Assembly: GCA_039591655.1 (NCBI GenBank)
Contig: JBDHDE010000004.1
Span: 11,130-75,129, forward strand
Length of the DNA: 64,000 bases
Direction of reading: 5' to 3'
Source: Gemmatimonadota bacterium
GTDB taxonomy: Bacteria > Gemmatimonadota > Gemmatimonadetes > Gemmatimonadales > GWC2-71-9
Positions 49,163-58,639 of this stretch are shown piece after piece. The notes under the pieces are model-generated. The model worked only from the letters and a program-made list of their open reading frames with translations. It was not told where the DNA came from and made no database searches. The number at the start of each line of letters is the position of its first letter. Position 1 is the stretch's first letter. A program made the translations under genes and the position numbers.

Positions 49163-50316
49163 AACGCCTCTCCAATGCTCAGGTAGAACCCGCCGGATCC
49201 CACGTCGAAGCCCCAGCCGTAGTCGGCTCTGACGTTGAGGCCTTCCTGCCGGCTCAGCTGGAAGCGGAGGCCGCCGCCTGCGGAGAGCTTGAAGCGATCG
49301 AAGTCGAACTCACCGAACGTGCTCGCTACCTGCCCGACCTCGAAGAACCAGGCGATCCCCATGCGCCAAACCAGGGGCGCGCGGTATTCCCCCTGGAATG
49401 CCATGAGCTGCCGGTCCCGAAAGCGCCCTTGGAAGTAGCCCCGTAGGAGCACATCTCCCCCGAGCTCGGGGTAGAGGTCGAAGGGCGGCGCTCCCGACGA
49501 CGCCATTCCCAGGGCCCGCAGTGCCAAGACGTGCGACGTGAACAGCGGGAGGTAGCCGCGGAGGTCCAGGGCGTACAGGCCGAAGTCGTAGTCGCTCCCG
49601 AAGACCCCGTCGTACAGCGTGGCGCTGAGTCGGTGGAGGCCGCCGCGTCGCGGAAACACGATGTTGTCCCGCGTGTCCCGAGTCACCACGAGCCCGAGTC
49701 CCACGATGCCGCCGTCCTCCGCACCCGGGACGGTGCCGCCGGCGAGTTGTCCGTCTTCCTCGACCTCGGTGAGCTTGCGGTAGGCGGCCTGTACGGTCCC
49801 TCCCAGGAACCATCCCGGGAACACCTCGCGCTGGAGGTCGAGCAGCGCGCTCACCGTCTCGGGGGTGTAGTCCTCCTCATCCTCGTCCGGGGTATTGTTC
49901 CCGATGCCCCAGAACTTGGTGGGGAACTTCACGTATCCCACATCTCCCAGGAGCCGGGTCCGGCCCTCACGGCCCAGGTAGAGCTCCCCTCCCAGCGATG
50001 TGATGATCTGCTTCTTGGCCGTATAGATGCCGATGACGGAGACTGTGGACGGGCGGCTAATCCCCTGGGCGGCCGTGGCGGCCTGCGAGAGTCGGAAGTA
50101 ATAGCTCACCACCGCCCCGAACCCGATCCCCGTCTCGGGCTGGTAGAACACGACCGGCAGTGGTACCAGGGTGTTGCCGGGAACCCGCGCCACACTGTCC
50201 TTACCGGCCTCCGTCGGCCCGCCTTCCTGGGCCGAGGCGGTATCGCCAACGGCGAGTGCCGCGACCACGATGGCGAGGCCGACGATCTTCTTGCGGCGGA
50301 TGGGTGGGCAGTGCAC
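49159..50316 (-). CDS. BamA/TamA (Omp85) family beta-barrel without evident POTRA domains
   Basis: Signal peptide, YQPETG, DTRDN..P.RG, LRGYFQGRF lid motif, GGGLRF, C-terminal GEAF. Confidence 0.85.
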   Translation of the reverse strand: MHCPPIRRKKIVGLAIVVAALAVGDTASAQEGGPTEAGKDSVARVPGNTLVPLPVVFYQPETGIGFGAVVSYYFRLSQAATAAQGISRPSTVSVIGIYTAKKQIITSLGGELYLGREGRTRLLGDVGYVKFPTKFWGIGNNTPDEDEEDYTPETVSALLDLQREVFPGWFLGGTVQAAYRKLTEVEEDGQLAGGTVPGAEDGGIVGLGLVVTRDTRDNIVFPRRGGLHRLSATLYDGVFGSDYDFGLYALDLRGYLPLFTSHVLALRALGMASSGAPPFDLYPELGGDVLLRGYFQGRFRDRQLMAFQGEYRAPLVWRMGIAWFFEVGQVASTFGEFDFDRFKLSAGGGLRFQLSRQEGLNVRADYGWGFDVGSGGFYLSIGEAF

Positions 50317-50326
50317 TGCGCGCGGA

Positions 50327-50959
50327 CTAGGGGATGCCCAGGTATTTGTGCGTCTGGATACTGAGGCTCCACTGCGGATGGGACAAGCAGTACTCCAGGG
50401 CCAGCCGCGTATTGCGCTCCCGCTCAGTGCCGTCCATGGGCTGCAGCGAGAAGTGGCCGAAACCGAGGTCGGCGTACATGTCGGGCGTTGCGTCCTCCTG
50501 GGGGAAGACCAGCTTGAGCTCGTCTCCCGACGTCTGCACCAGCGGTGCCCCGGCCTTGGGGCTCACGCAGATCCAGTCGATCCCGGCCGGGGCGGCGATC
50601 GTCCCGTTGGTCTCGACGGCCACCTCGAACCCCTCTCGATGGAGCGCGCCGATGAGCGCCGCGTCGAGCTGTAGCAGCGGCTCCCCGCCGGTGCATACCA
50701 CGAATCGTCCCGTGTCACGCGACGGCCAGGTCCGGGCCACCGTCTCGGCGAGGGCCTCCGGCGTCGGGTAGCGCCCCCCGCCGGGACCGTCGGTACCCAC
50801 GAAGTCGGTGTCACAGAACGGGCAGGTCGCGTGAGCACGGTCCTCGTCGCGCCCCGACCAGAGGTTGCAGCCGGAAAGACGCAGGAAGACGGCCGGACGG
50901 CCGGTGTGATACCCTTCGCCCTGCAGTGTGTAGTAGACCGTCTTGACCAGGTAGGTCAT
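50327..50959 (-). CDS. queE: 7-carboxy-7-deazaguanine synthase, Cx14Cx2C type
   Basis: [43 protein letters not shown]. Confidence 0.95.
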   Translation of the reverse strand: MTYLVKTVYYTLQGEGYHTGRPAVFLRLSGCNLWSGRDEDRAHATCPFCDTDFVGTDGPGGGRYPTPEALAETVARTWPSRDTGRFVVCTGGEPLLQLDAALIGALHREGFEVAVETNGTIAAPAGIDWICVSPKAGAPLVQTSGDELKLVFPQEDATPDMYADLGFGHFSLQPMDGTERERNTRLALEYCLSHPQWSLSIQTHKYLGIP

Positions 50960-51678
50960 CGGCGCAGCTCGGCGGGCCCAGTATGGTACCGGATCGGGTC
51001 GGGAACTCCGGCCTCGGCGAATCCTTTGAGCCGCAGATGACAGGCGTCGCACCGGCCGCACGCCTCGCCGGTGGGGAGCGGGTCGTAACAGCTTACGGTG
51101 AGCCCGAAATCCACGCCGAGCTCGAGTCCCTTGCGGATGATCTCGCCCTTCGTGAGCTCGATGAGTGGGGCGTGCACTCGTACCTCGACGTCGCCCTCCA
51201 CCCCGGCCCTGGTGGCCAGGTTGGCCAACCGCTGAAAGGCCTTGATGTACTCGGGTCGGCAGTCAGGATAGCCGGAGTAATCCAGAGCGTTCACGCCAAC
51301 GAAGATGTGGCCCGTGCCGAGGACCTCGGCCCAGGCCAGGGCCAGGGACAGGAGGATGGTGTTCCGGGCCGGGACGTAGGTGATCGGAATGTCCCTCCCG
51401 GATCCCTCCGCGCTCCGATCCTTGGGTACGGGGATGGCGTCCGTGAGGGCCGAACCGCCGAACCGGGCCAGGTCCACATGCAGCACGGCGTGCTCGGTCA
51501 CCTCCATGGCCGCGGCGATCCGCTCGGCGGCCTCCAGCTCCACCGCATGGCGCTGGCCGTAGGCGACCGTGAGCGCGTATACTTGGTAACCCTGGGCCTT
51601 GGCGACCGCGAGCGTCGTGCTGGAGTCGAGACCACCACTCAGCAGGACGACGGCGCAGGGTCGCGAATCCGTGGTCAT
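50956..51678 (-). CDS. queC: 7-cyano-7-deazaguanine synthase
   Basis: LSGGLDS, YGQRH, TYVPARN, YPDCR, SCY...CGRCDAC. Confidence 0.96.
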   Translation of the reverse strand: MTTDSRPCAVVLLSGGLDSSTTLAVAKAQGYQVYALTVAYGQRHAVELEAAERIAAAMEVTEHAVLHVDLARFGGSALTDAIPVPKDRSAEGSGRDIPITYVPARNTILLSLALAWAEVLGTGHIFVGVNALDYSGYPDCRPEYIKAFQRLANLATRAGVEGDVEVRVHAPLIELTKGEIIRKGLELGVDFGLTVSCYDPLPTGEACGRCDACHLRLKGFAEAGVPDPIRYHTGPAELRR

Positions 51679-51696
51679 ACGGTGAAAACTAAACCT

Positions 51697-52107
51697 GTGG
51701 ACGAGCTGCCACGCACTGGGCCGCTGCCCGCGCCCGAGAGTCCTGACCAAGCCCGTGACGTCCTGCGACGGGAGGCCTTTCCGGCGCCCGACGTCCAGTG
51801 GGTCACGCTCGACGCCACGGAGTTCACCGCCATCTGTCCCCGGAGCGGCCAGCCCGACTTCGGCACGGTGACCATCGAGTACGTTCCTGATGAGCGGTGT
51901 CTCGAGTCGAAGGCGGTCAAGTATTACCTCTGGTCGTACCGTAACGAGGGTGCGTTTTGCGAGACCTTGGCCGAGCGGATCGCTCGGGATGTGGTGTACG
52001 CTATTGAGCCCAGGTACGTTCGGGTGCAGGTGAACCAGAATGTGCGGGGCGGGATCGCCATCGTGGCTGTCGCTGAGCGGGGGGATCGAAGTGCTGGGAC
52101 TCCCTAG
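51697..52107 (+). CDS. queF: preQ0 reductase (unimodular QueF)
   Basis: [22 protein letters not shown] QueF motif, YRN, RGGI. Start GTG 51697 (alternative 51682). Confidence 0.88.
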   Translation: MDELPRTGPLPAPESPDQARDVLRREAFPAPDVQWVTLDATEFTAICPRSGQPDFGTVTIEYVPDERCLESKAVKYYLWSYRNEGAFCETLAERIARDVVYAIEPRYVRVQVNQNVRGGIAIVAVAERGDRSAGTP

Positions 52108-52177
52108 CGCCTGGAGGCGGAAGCGGTGAGTCGGGTCGCGCGTCGCGGGACGATCTCCTCAACAGTGACCGGTTGAC

Positions 52178-53560
52178 ATGGCGACAACGGCCAAGAGAGT
52201 GACCAAGCCCAGGAGGGCCAAGGCGGCCTCCGAGGACCTCAATCCCTTTCACATCGCCCAGCAGCAGTTCGATACTGCGGCGGCCTACATTCCGACACTC
52301 CCACCGGGGTTGGACGAGTTCCTCAAGCGTCCTGAGCGGCTCATCACGGTGGAGTTCCCCATCGAGAAGCAGGACGGCACGATGCTCTCGTTCATCGGAT
52401 TTCGCTGCGTCCACAATAGGGCGCGGGGGCCCGCGAAGGGCGGCATCCGCTACCACCAGGATGTCACCGCCGACGAGGTTCGGGCGCTCGCTTCCTGGAT
52501 GACCTGGAAGTGCGCCGTCGTCGACGTGCCGTTCGGGGGTGGCAAGGGGGGGATCGCATTCAATCCCAAAGAGTTCAGCATGGGAGATGTGCGGAAGGTC
52601 ACGCGCCGCTTCATCGCAGCGCTGGGCGACAATATTGGGCCGCACACCGATATCCCGGCCCCCGACGTGAATACCGACGCCGGCACTATGGCCCGGATCT
52701 ACGACACCTATGCGATGATGCACCCCGGTGAGAATTGTCTGCCGGTGGTCACGGGCAAGCCCATCGAGCTGGGCGGCTCACGGGGAAGGCGAGAGGCTAC
52801 GTCCCGTGGCTGCCTGTTCTGCGTGCAACAGGCATTGAAGCGGGGTGTGGTGCCCGGGCGGGACTCCGTGAGGGGCGCCACCGTGGTGATCCAAGGTTAC
52901 GGCAATGCCGGGAGCTACGCGGCCCAGCTCTTCGCGGAGCAGGGCGCGAAGATCATCGCCGTGAGCGACTCCCAGGGGGGGATCCACGATCCCGACGGGC
53001 TCGACTGGGCCGCCGCCCTGGAGCACAAGCGGCGCACCAAGTCGGTGGTGGGCTACGGCGGCTGTGAGAAGGTGAGCAATACAGAGATCCTCACGATCCC
53101 CTGCGACATCCTCGTACCGGCGGCCCTGGAGAACGTGATCCGTGGGGACAATGCGGCCGACGTGAAGGCCAAGCTGGTCGCGGAGGCGGCCAACGGACCC
53201 ACCACACCGGAGGCGGACAAGATCCTGTTCCAGCGGGGAGTCCCCGTGCTGCCGGACATCCTCGCGAACGCCGGCGGCGTGACGGTGAGCTACTACGAGT
53301 GGGTGCAGAACATCGAGAACGAGCAGTGGGATGAGGATGCGGTGAACGGCAAGCTGCTGAAGAAGATGACGCGCGCCACGGATGCGGTCATCGATGCACA
53401 ACAGGAGATCAACAGCTCCCTCGACGACCTGCAGGCCGAGCGTGAGAAGCGGGGGCTGGGCGGTTCACCACTCAAGCCGGTGGATCTACGGATGGCGGCC
53501 TACGTGCTGGCCATCAAACGTGTGGCCAATGTGACGCTCGCCCGGGGGATCTGGCCCTAG
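52178..53560 (+). CDS. Glu/Leu/Phe/Val dehydrogenase, probably a second glutamate dehydrogenase
   Basis: GPAKGGIRY, MTWK, GGGKGG, DIPAPDV, VTGKP, QGYGNAG, EAANGP, NAGGVTVSYYEW. Confidence 0.93.
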   Translation: MATTAKRVTKPRRAKAASEDLNPFHIAQQQFDTAAAYIPTLPPGLDEFLKRPERLITVEFPIEKQDGTMLSFIGFRCVHNRARGPAKGGIRYHQDVTADEVRALASWMTWKCAVVDVPFGGGKGGIAFNPKEFSMGDVRKVTRRFIAALGDNIGPHTDIPAPDVNTDAGTMARIYDTYAMMHPGENCLPVVTGKPIELGGSRGRREATSRGCLFCVQQALKRGVVPGRDSVRGATVVIQGYGNAGSYAAQLFAEQGAKIIAVSDSQGGIHDPDGLDWAAALEHKRRTKSVVGYGGCEKVSNTEILTIPCDILVPAALENVIRGDNAADVKAKLVAEAANGPTTPEADKILFQRGVPVLPDILANAGGVTVSYYEWVQNIENEQWDEDAVNGKLLKKMTRATDAVIDAQQEINSSLDDLQAEREKRGLGGSPLKPVDLRMAAYVLAIKRVANVTLARGIWP

Positions 53561-54192
53561 CGCGCGTACTTCACGGAGCAACCGTAGGGCTGGGTCGTTG
53601 GGACACTGACTTGCCCGCCGCTCATCGCCTCTGCGACGGCGGCCACGAGGTAGTTGTGCGCGCCCTCGATGTCAGAGAGGCGAGCCGTGGGCCGATCGTC
53701 GATGGCACCGTTGTAGAGCAGGGTGCCCTCAGGGTCGATGAGGATCATCTGGGGCGTGGTCTTCGCTCCATACAGTCGGCCCACGTCCCCCTCCGGGTCC
53801 AGCAGGACCGCGGAAACCGCGCTCCCCCGTTCGTCGGAGATGGCATTCATGTCGTCGGGCTCGTGGTAGCCCTGCTTCCCGGGGGCCGACGAGACGATGG
53901 CCAGCCACACCATCCCTCGCCCGGTGTACGTGCGCTGGAGCTGCTGCATGTTGCCGCTGTCGTAGTGCTTGCGCACGTATGGGCACTCGTAGTTGAGCCA
54001 CTCCAACACTACCCACTGCCCCCGGTAATCGGCCAGGGAATGTTCCTCGCCGTACGTATCGGGCAGGGTGAAGGCGGGGGCGGATTCGCCCACCGCCCAG
54101 GCCGCTTCCTGCGCTCGCAGGGGTGGGACCGCGGCGAGGCACGTCGCCACAGCGAGGCCTGAGAGACCTAAGCCAACCTGTGCTCTCATCAT
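53557..54192 (-). CDS. Exported redoxin / thioredoxin-fold protein
   Basis: Signal peptide, APAFTL, EWLNYECPYV, AKTTP, GAIDD, YGCSVKY. Confidence 0.85.
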   Translation of the reverse strand: MMRAQVGLGLSGLAVATCLAAVPPLRAQEAAWAVGESAPAFTLPDTYGEEHSLADYRGQWVVLEWLNYECPYVRKHYDSGNMQQLQRTYTGRGMVWLAIVSSAPGKQGYHEPDDMNAISDERGSAVSAVLLDPEGDVGRLYGAKTTPQMILIDPEGTLLYNGAIDDRPTARLSDIEGAHNYLVAAVAEAMSGGQVSVPTTQPYGCSVKYAR

Positions 54193-56330
54193 GGTGGAGT
54201 CCCTTTCGTCATGGTGATCCCCTCCAATGCATCCAGCACGATGTCCTTGGTCAAGATGACCGGCAGCACGACCGCTGTGTTGTAGCGGCCGCCGGGGTAC
54301 AGCACGTACAGAGGAACGCCACTGCGCCCGAAGCTCTCGAGGGCACGGGTGATCTCAGGGTCCTGGCGTGTCCAGTCGGCCTTGAACAGCGTCACGCCGC
54401 GTTGGCGGAATGCTTGCTCGATCTCGTCGGTGGCGAGGACGACGCGCTCGTTCACCTTGCAGGTGAGACACCACGCGGCGGTGAAATCGATGAAGACCGG
54501 CCTGCCGGAGGCGCGGAGCCCGGCGACGTGGGCGGAAGAGAACGGCTGCCATGTGTCGTCCACGACGGGTGTCGGCTGGCTCGCGGTGCCGCGCAGCGCC
54601 AGCAGGGCCGCTGCCACGGCGGCCGCGGCAGCGAGGCCGCGGGACAAAGCCCAGCGCCGCCGGCGCACCCGTGACCGGGGCCAGCGCCACACGACCCAGA
54701 TGGCGAAGGCCAGGAGCAGCAGCGCCCCCGCGAGGAAGGTCGCGCCGTCTAGCCCGGTCTGTCGGCCGAAGACCCAGACCAGCCACAACGCGGTCGCGAA
54801 GAGCGGGAACGCCAGCAGCTGCCGGAGCGTCACCATCCACCCTCCCGCACGCGGCAGTCGACTCAGTAGGGCCGGGTGCGCAGTGAGGGCGACGTAGGGA
54901 AGTGCCATGCCCAGCCCGAGAGAGACGAAGATCAGTAGCGTGGGCAACGGTGGTTGTGTCAGCGCGTAGCCCAGCGCCACGCCCATGAGCGGGGCGATGC
55001 AGGGGGTCGCAACCAAAGTGGCGAGGACGCCGCTGGCGAACGAGGTGCCGAAGCCGCCGGAGGGGCCCAGCAGCGCCCCGAGCCGCGTGAGCGATGTCCC
55101 CACATCGAGGGCGCCCAACAGGCTCAGACCGAGGACGAAGAACAGGGTGGCGAGGAACGCCACGAACGCCGGCGACTGCAGCTGGAAGCCCCAGCCGACC
55201 AGCGTGCCGCCGGCGCGGATCCCGAGGAGGATCGCTCCCAGCACGCCGAAGGACGTGATCACGCCGCCGGCGAAAGCTAATCCGTGGGCCCTGATCGCCG
55301 TCCGATCCGCACCTCCCTGCTCAACGAATCCCAGGATCTTGATGGAGAGGACGGGGAACACGCACGGCATCAGGTTGAGGATGAGCCCGCCGGCGATGGC
55401 GAAGAGCAGGGCGGTGATCAGCGTGACGGCGGCGGTCGGGGGACCGATGGTGACCGGTGCATCCACTGCGAGGGCCGGAGCCTCGACTCCGGCGCGCCAG
55501 CTCGTCCCCGGAGGCGCCAGCAGCACACCTTCGAGCCGCGAGACCGACTCGTGCAGATACTCCGAAGTGACCAGTGAGAGCCGGAAGGTTCTCCCGTCCC
55601 GCGAGAGCGCCTGCGGCGCCGCGTGTGCGATAGTGCCGGCGCGCGCCGGGAAGAAGTAGACGCCCTCCGGCGAACCGTCCCAGCCCTCCGGTGCGGTGGC
55701 CGCGAGCACGAAGTCACCCGTGCCACGCCACGCCCTGATCTCCCATCCGTCCGGTCTCACCGGGAGCAGCCGACGTGTCGCCGCGAACGCGTCGCTCCAC
55801 CGCGGGTTCGGCGCTACGGGGCCCGCGCGCACCCGAAGTCGCAGCTCTAGCTCGGCTGCCGCGGGGAGGCAGATCTCCTCGCAGACCACCCAGTCGGCCC
55901 GCGCAGCCAGCGTCACCGCCGCGCCTTCGGCGAGACTCGGTGGCGGCGTGATGTCGACGAGGAGCAGCACCTCCTCGTCGTAGCCGTAGCTCACCAACGG
56001 AGGGGCCTCGATACGGCGTGGGTGAGGCCACTGGATGTCGCCTGACGTGAAGCCCTCGGGGAGGTGCCACTCGATGGTGGTCGTGCCGCCGGCGTCCCCG
56101 GGGTTGCGCCAGTAGCTGTGCCAGCGGGGGTCCATCGTGAGCCGCAAGGCGATCGTGAACGGGCGGCCTGGGGCAATGGTGCCGACCTCGGACACGAGCT
56201 CGGCATTGCTGTGCGGGCTGGGATCTTCGGTGTCCTGTGTGTGGGCGACCCCAGCGGGTGGCAAAGCCAGCAGCGCCGCGAGGAGAGCGGCGCTGTGAAC
56301 ACCCGACCGGCTCCCCTGAGGGCTGATCAC
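54189..56330 (-). CDS. dsbD: DsbD-family protein-disulfide reductase
   Basis: WHSYWRNPGD, CEEIC; membrane LNLMPCVFP and ATPC; thioredoxin FTAAWCLTCK, GVP. Confidence 0.9.
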   Translation of the reverse strand: MISPQGSRSGVHSAALLAALLALPPAGVAHTQDTEDPSPHSNAELVSEVGTIAPGRPFTIALRLTMDPRWHSYWRNPGDAGGTTTIEWHLPEGFTSGDIQWPHPRRIEAPPLVSYGYDEEVLLLVDITPPPSLAEGAAVTLAARADWVVCEEICLPAAAELELRLRVRAGPVAPNPRWSDAFAATRRLLPVRPDGWEIRAWRGTGDFVLAATAPEGWDGSPEGVYFFPARAGTIAHAAPQALSRDGRTFRLSLVTSEYLHESVSRLEGVLLAPPGTSWRAGVEAPALAVDAPVTIGPPTAAVTLITALLFAIAGGLILNLMPCVFPVLSIKILGFVEQGGADRTAIRAHGLAFAGGVITSFGVLGAILLGIRAGGTLVGWGFQLQSPAFVAFLATLFFVLGLSLLGALDVGTSLTRLGALLGPSGGFGTSFASGVLATLVATPCIAPLMGVALGYALTQPPLPTLLIFVSLGLGMALPYVALTAHPALLSRLPRAGGWMVTLRQLLAFPLFATALWLVWVFGRQTGLDGATFLAGALLLLAFAIWVVWRWPRSRVRRRRWALSRGLAAAAAVAAALLALRGTASQPTPVVDDTWQPFSSAHVAGLRASGRPVFIDFTAAWCLTCKVNERVVLATDEIEQAFRQRGVTLFKADWTRQDPEITRALESFGRSGVPLYVLYPGGRYNTAVVLPVILTKDIVLDALEGITMTKGTPP

Positions 56331-57286
56331 CCGGACGCCCCGAGCTTCTTCCCCAGCTGCCCCAGCATGTCCTTGGTCGTGGCGGCCAGGTCATAGGACG
56401 GTGACCAGCCCCACTCCTCACGGGCCGCGCTGTCGTCGATGGAGTCGGGCCAGGAGTCCGCGAGACCCTGCCGCACCGGGTCCACGGCATAGGCAATGGT
56501 GAACTCCGGGACGTGCTCGCGGATCGCTGCGGCCACCTCTTCGGGCGTGAAGTTCATGGCGGCCACATTGAAGGCGTTGCGGTGCACGAGGCGGGACGCG
56601 TCGGCCTCCATGAGGTCGATGGCGGCCTTGATGGCGTCCGGCATGTACATCATGTCGAGGCGGGTGTCGGATCCGAGGAAGCACACGTAGCGTTTGTGCT
56701 TGATGGCGTCGTAGTAGATCTCCACTGCGTAATCGGTGGTCCCGCCTCCCGGAGGCGCAACGTGCGAGACGAGGCCGGGGTAGCGCACACCGCGGGTGTC
56801 TACCCCGAAGCGTGCGTGGTAGTAGTCGCACAGGAGCTCACCCGCCACTTTCGTGACGCCGTACATGCTGGTAGGCCGCTGGATGGTGTCTTGGGGGGTT
56901 CGGTTGGACGGCGTGTCGGGACCGAAGGCGCCAATGGAGCTGGGGACGAACACCGCGCAGTGATTCTCCCGCGCCACCTCGAGCACCCGGTAGAGCCCGC
57001 CCATGTTGACGTCCCATGCGACCTGCGGGCGTTCCTCGGCGACCGCCGAGAGCAGCGCGGCGAGGTGGTAGATCGTATCCACCTGGTGGCGCCGTGCGGC
57101 TTCCTCGATCTGCCGCTGCGACGTGCAGTCCACCTTCTGGAACGGCCCGTTCGACATGGGTGATCCGCCCGGGGGCATTCGGATATCCGAGGCCACAACG
57201 TGCTCGGCGCCGTACCGCGCGCGCAGCGCGGGCACCAGCTCCGAGCCGATTTGCCCGAGGGCTCCAGTCACGAGGATTCTCCGCAC
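56327..57286 (-). CDS. tdh: SDR-type L-threonine 3-dehydrogenase
   Basis: TGALGQIG, HLAALLSA, PSSIGAFG, YGVTK, PGGGTTDYAV, MMYMPD, DSWP. Confidence 0.85.
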   Translation of the reverse strand: MRRILVTGALGQIGSELVPALRARYGAEHVVASDIRMPPGGSPMSNGPFQKVDCTSQRQIEEAARRHQVDTIYHLAALLSAVAEERPQVAWDVNMGGLYRVLEVARENHCAVFVPSSIGAFGPDTPSNRTPQDTIQRPTSMYGVTKVAGELLCDYYHARFGVDTRGVRYPGLVSHVAPPGGGTTDYAVEIYYDAIKHKRYVCFLGSDTRLDMMYMPDAIKAAIDLMEADASRLVHRNAFNVAAMNFTPEEVAAAIREHVPEFTIAYAVDPVRQGLADSWPDSIDDSAAREEWGWSPSYDLAATTKDMLGQLGKKLGASG

Positions 57287-57340
57287 CGTCCCCTCCCGGC
57301 CCTGAGGCCGAACGTGGGTTTGCGTCGCAGCCTGGGGTGG

Positions 57341-58639
57341 CTAGGGCAGGAGCTTCCGCTCCTTGGCGGCCCGCTCCAGCTCGTCTCGGAACGCAGGGTC
57401 TGCGATCTCGATGAGCGCCTCGGCCCGCTCCCTCAGGTTCTTGCCGAACAGGTTGGCGACTCCGTGCTCGGTGACAACGTAGTGCACGTCTGCACGGCTG
57501 GTAACCACCCCCGCGCCCTGCTTCAGGAACGGAACGATGCGCGACATCTCGCCGCCCTTGGCCGTGGACGGCAGGGCGATGATGGGTCGCCCGCCCTTAG
57601 AGTGCGCGGCTCCGCGAATGAAGTCTACCTGTCCTCCAAAACCGGAATAGATGTACGGCCCAATCGAGTCTGAGCAGATCTGGCCCGTGAGGTCCACCTC
57701 GATGGCCGAGTTTACGGCCACCATGTTGTCGTTCTTGCTCACGACCTCGGGGTCGTTGACGTAGCTCACGGGGTGCGCCTCGATGAATGGGTTGTTGTCC
57801 AGGTAGTCGTACAGCTCCTCGCTTCCAAGTGCGAAGGTGATGACGATCTTGCCGGGGTGCAGGTTCTTCCGGGTGCCGGTCACTACCCCCCGCGCGATGG
57901 CTCGCATCGCCCCGTCGGAGATCATCTCCGTGTGGATGCCGAGCTCGAGGCCGCTTTCCATGGCCTGGTAGACCGAATCCGGGATGCCCCCGATGCCCAT
58001 CTGTACCGTGGAGCCCGGCTCGATGAGACCCAGCACGCCGGCGGCGATGGCCTTCTCCACGTCGGTGGCCGGACTCGGCGTCAGAATCGGCAGCGGCTCG
58101 GTGAACTCCACTATGGCGTCGACCCGGTTCACGTGGAGGAAGGTGTCGCCCAGTACCCGTGGCATCTTCTCGTTCACCTGCACGATGACCGTCTTGGCCT
58201 TCTGACAGGCGGCCATCGAGGCCAGGGTCTCCACGCCGAGACTCATGAAGCCGTGCTCGTCGGGAGGCGAGGTCTGCACGATGGCCACATCGAGCGGGAC
58301 GATGTCCTGCTGAAACAGCCGTGGAATCTGGTGGAGGAAGATGGGCACGTAATCGGCGCGCCCGTCGTTCACGGCCTTTCGGTCCGCCGGTCCCACGAAC
58401 AGCGAGTTGTGCCGGAAGCGTCCCTCCATGCCGGGTGCCGAGAGCGGGTCCTCCCCGATCAACAGCACGTGGTTGAGCTGCACGTTCTCCAGCTCGTCGC
58501 GTCGAGCCGCCAGGGCGCGCACCAGTGCCTGCGGGATGGCGGCGTTCCCGGCGTAGTAGACGCGGTCGCCGCTCTCAATCCTCCCGACGGCCTCCGCGGG
58601 GCTCTGTAGCTTCGACTTGTAGTCGTCGAGCCAGTTCAT
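57341..58639 (-). CDS. Acetyl-CoA hydrolase/transferase (4-hydroxybutyrate CoA-transferase-like)
   Basis: QMGIGGIP, HTEM catalytic Glu, EVDLTGQ, SGFGGQVDF, VVTEHG. Confidence 0.92.
   Translation of the reverse strand: MNWLDDYKSKLQSPAEAVGRIESGDRVYYAGNAAIPQALVRALAARRDELENVQLNHVLLIGEDPLSAPGMEGRFRHNSLFVGPADRKAVNDGRADYVPIFLHQIPRLFQQDIVPLDVAIVQTSPPDEHGFMSLGVETLASMAACQKAKTVIVQVNEKMPRVLGDTFLHVNRVDAIVEFTEPLPILTPSPATDVEKAIAAGVLGLIEPGSTVQMGIGGIPDSVYQAMESGLELGIHTEMISDGAMRAIARGVVTGTRKNLHPGKIVITFALGSEELYDYLDNNPFIEAHPVSYVNDPEVVSKNDNMVAVNSAIEVDLTGQICSDSIGPYIYSGFGGQVDFIRGAAHSKGGRPIIALPSTAKGGEMSRIVPFLKQGAGVVTSRADVHYVVTEHGVANLFGKNLRERAEALIEIADPAFRDELERAAKERKLLP

Noticed and set aside
50327..52107. 7-deazaguanine DNA modification (dpd) island
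   Set aside because: No dpdA/tgt paralogue, helicase or phage context; queF points to the tRNA queuosine route.
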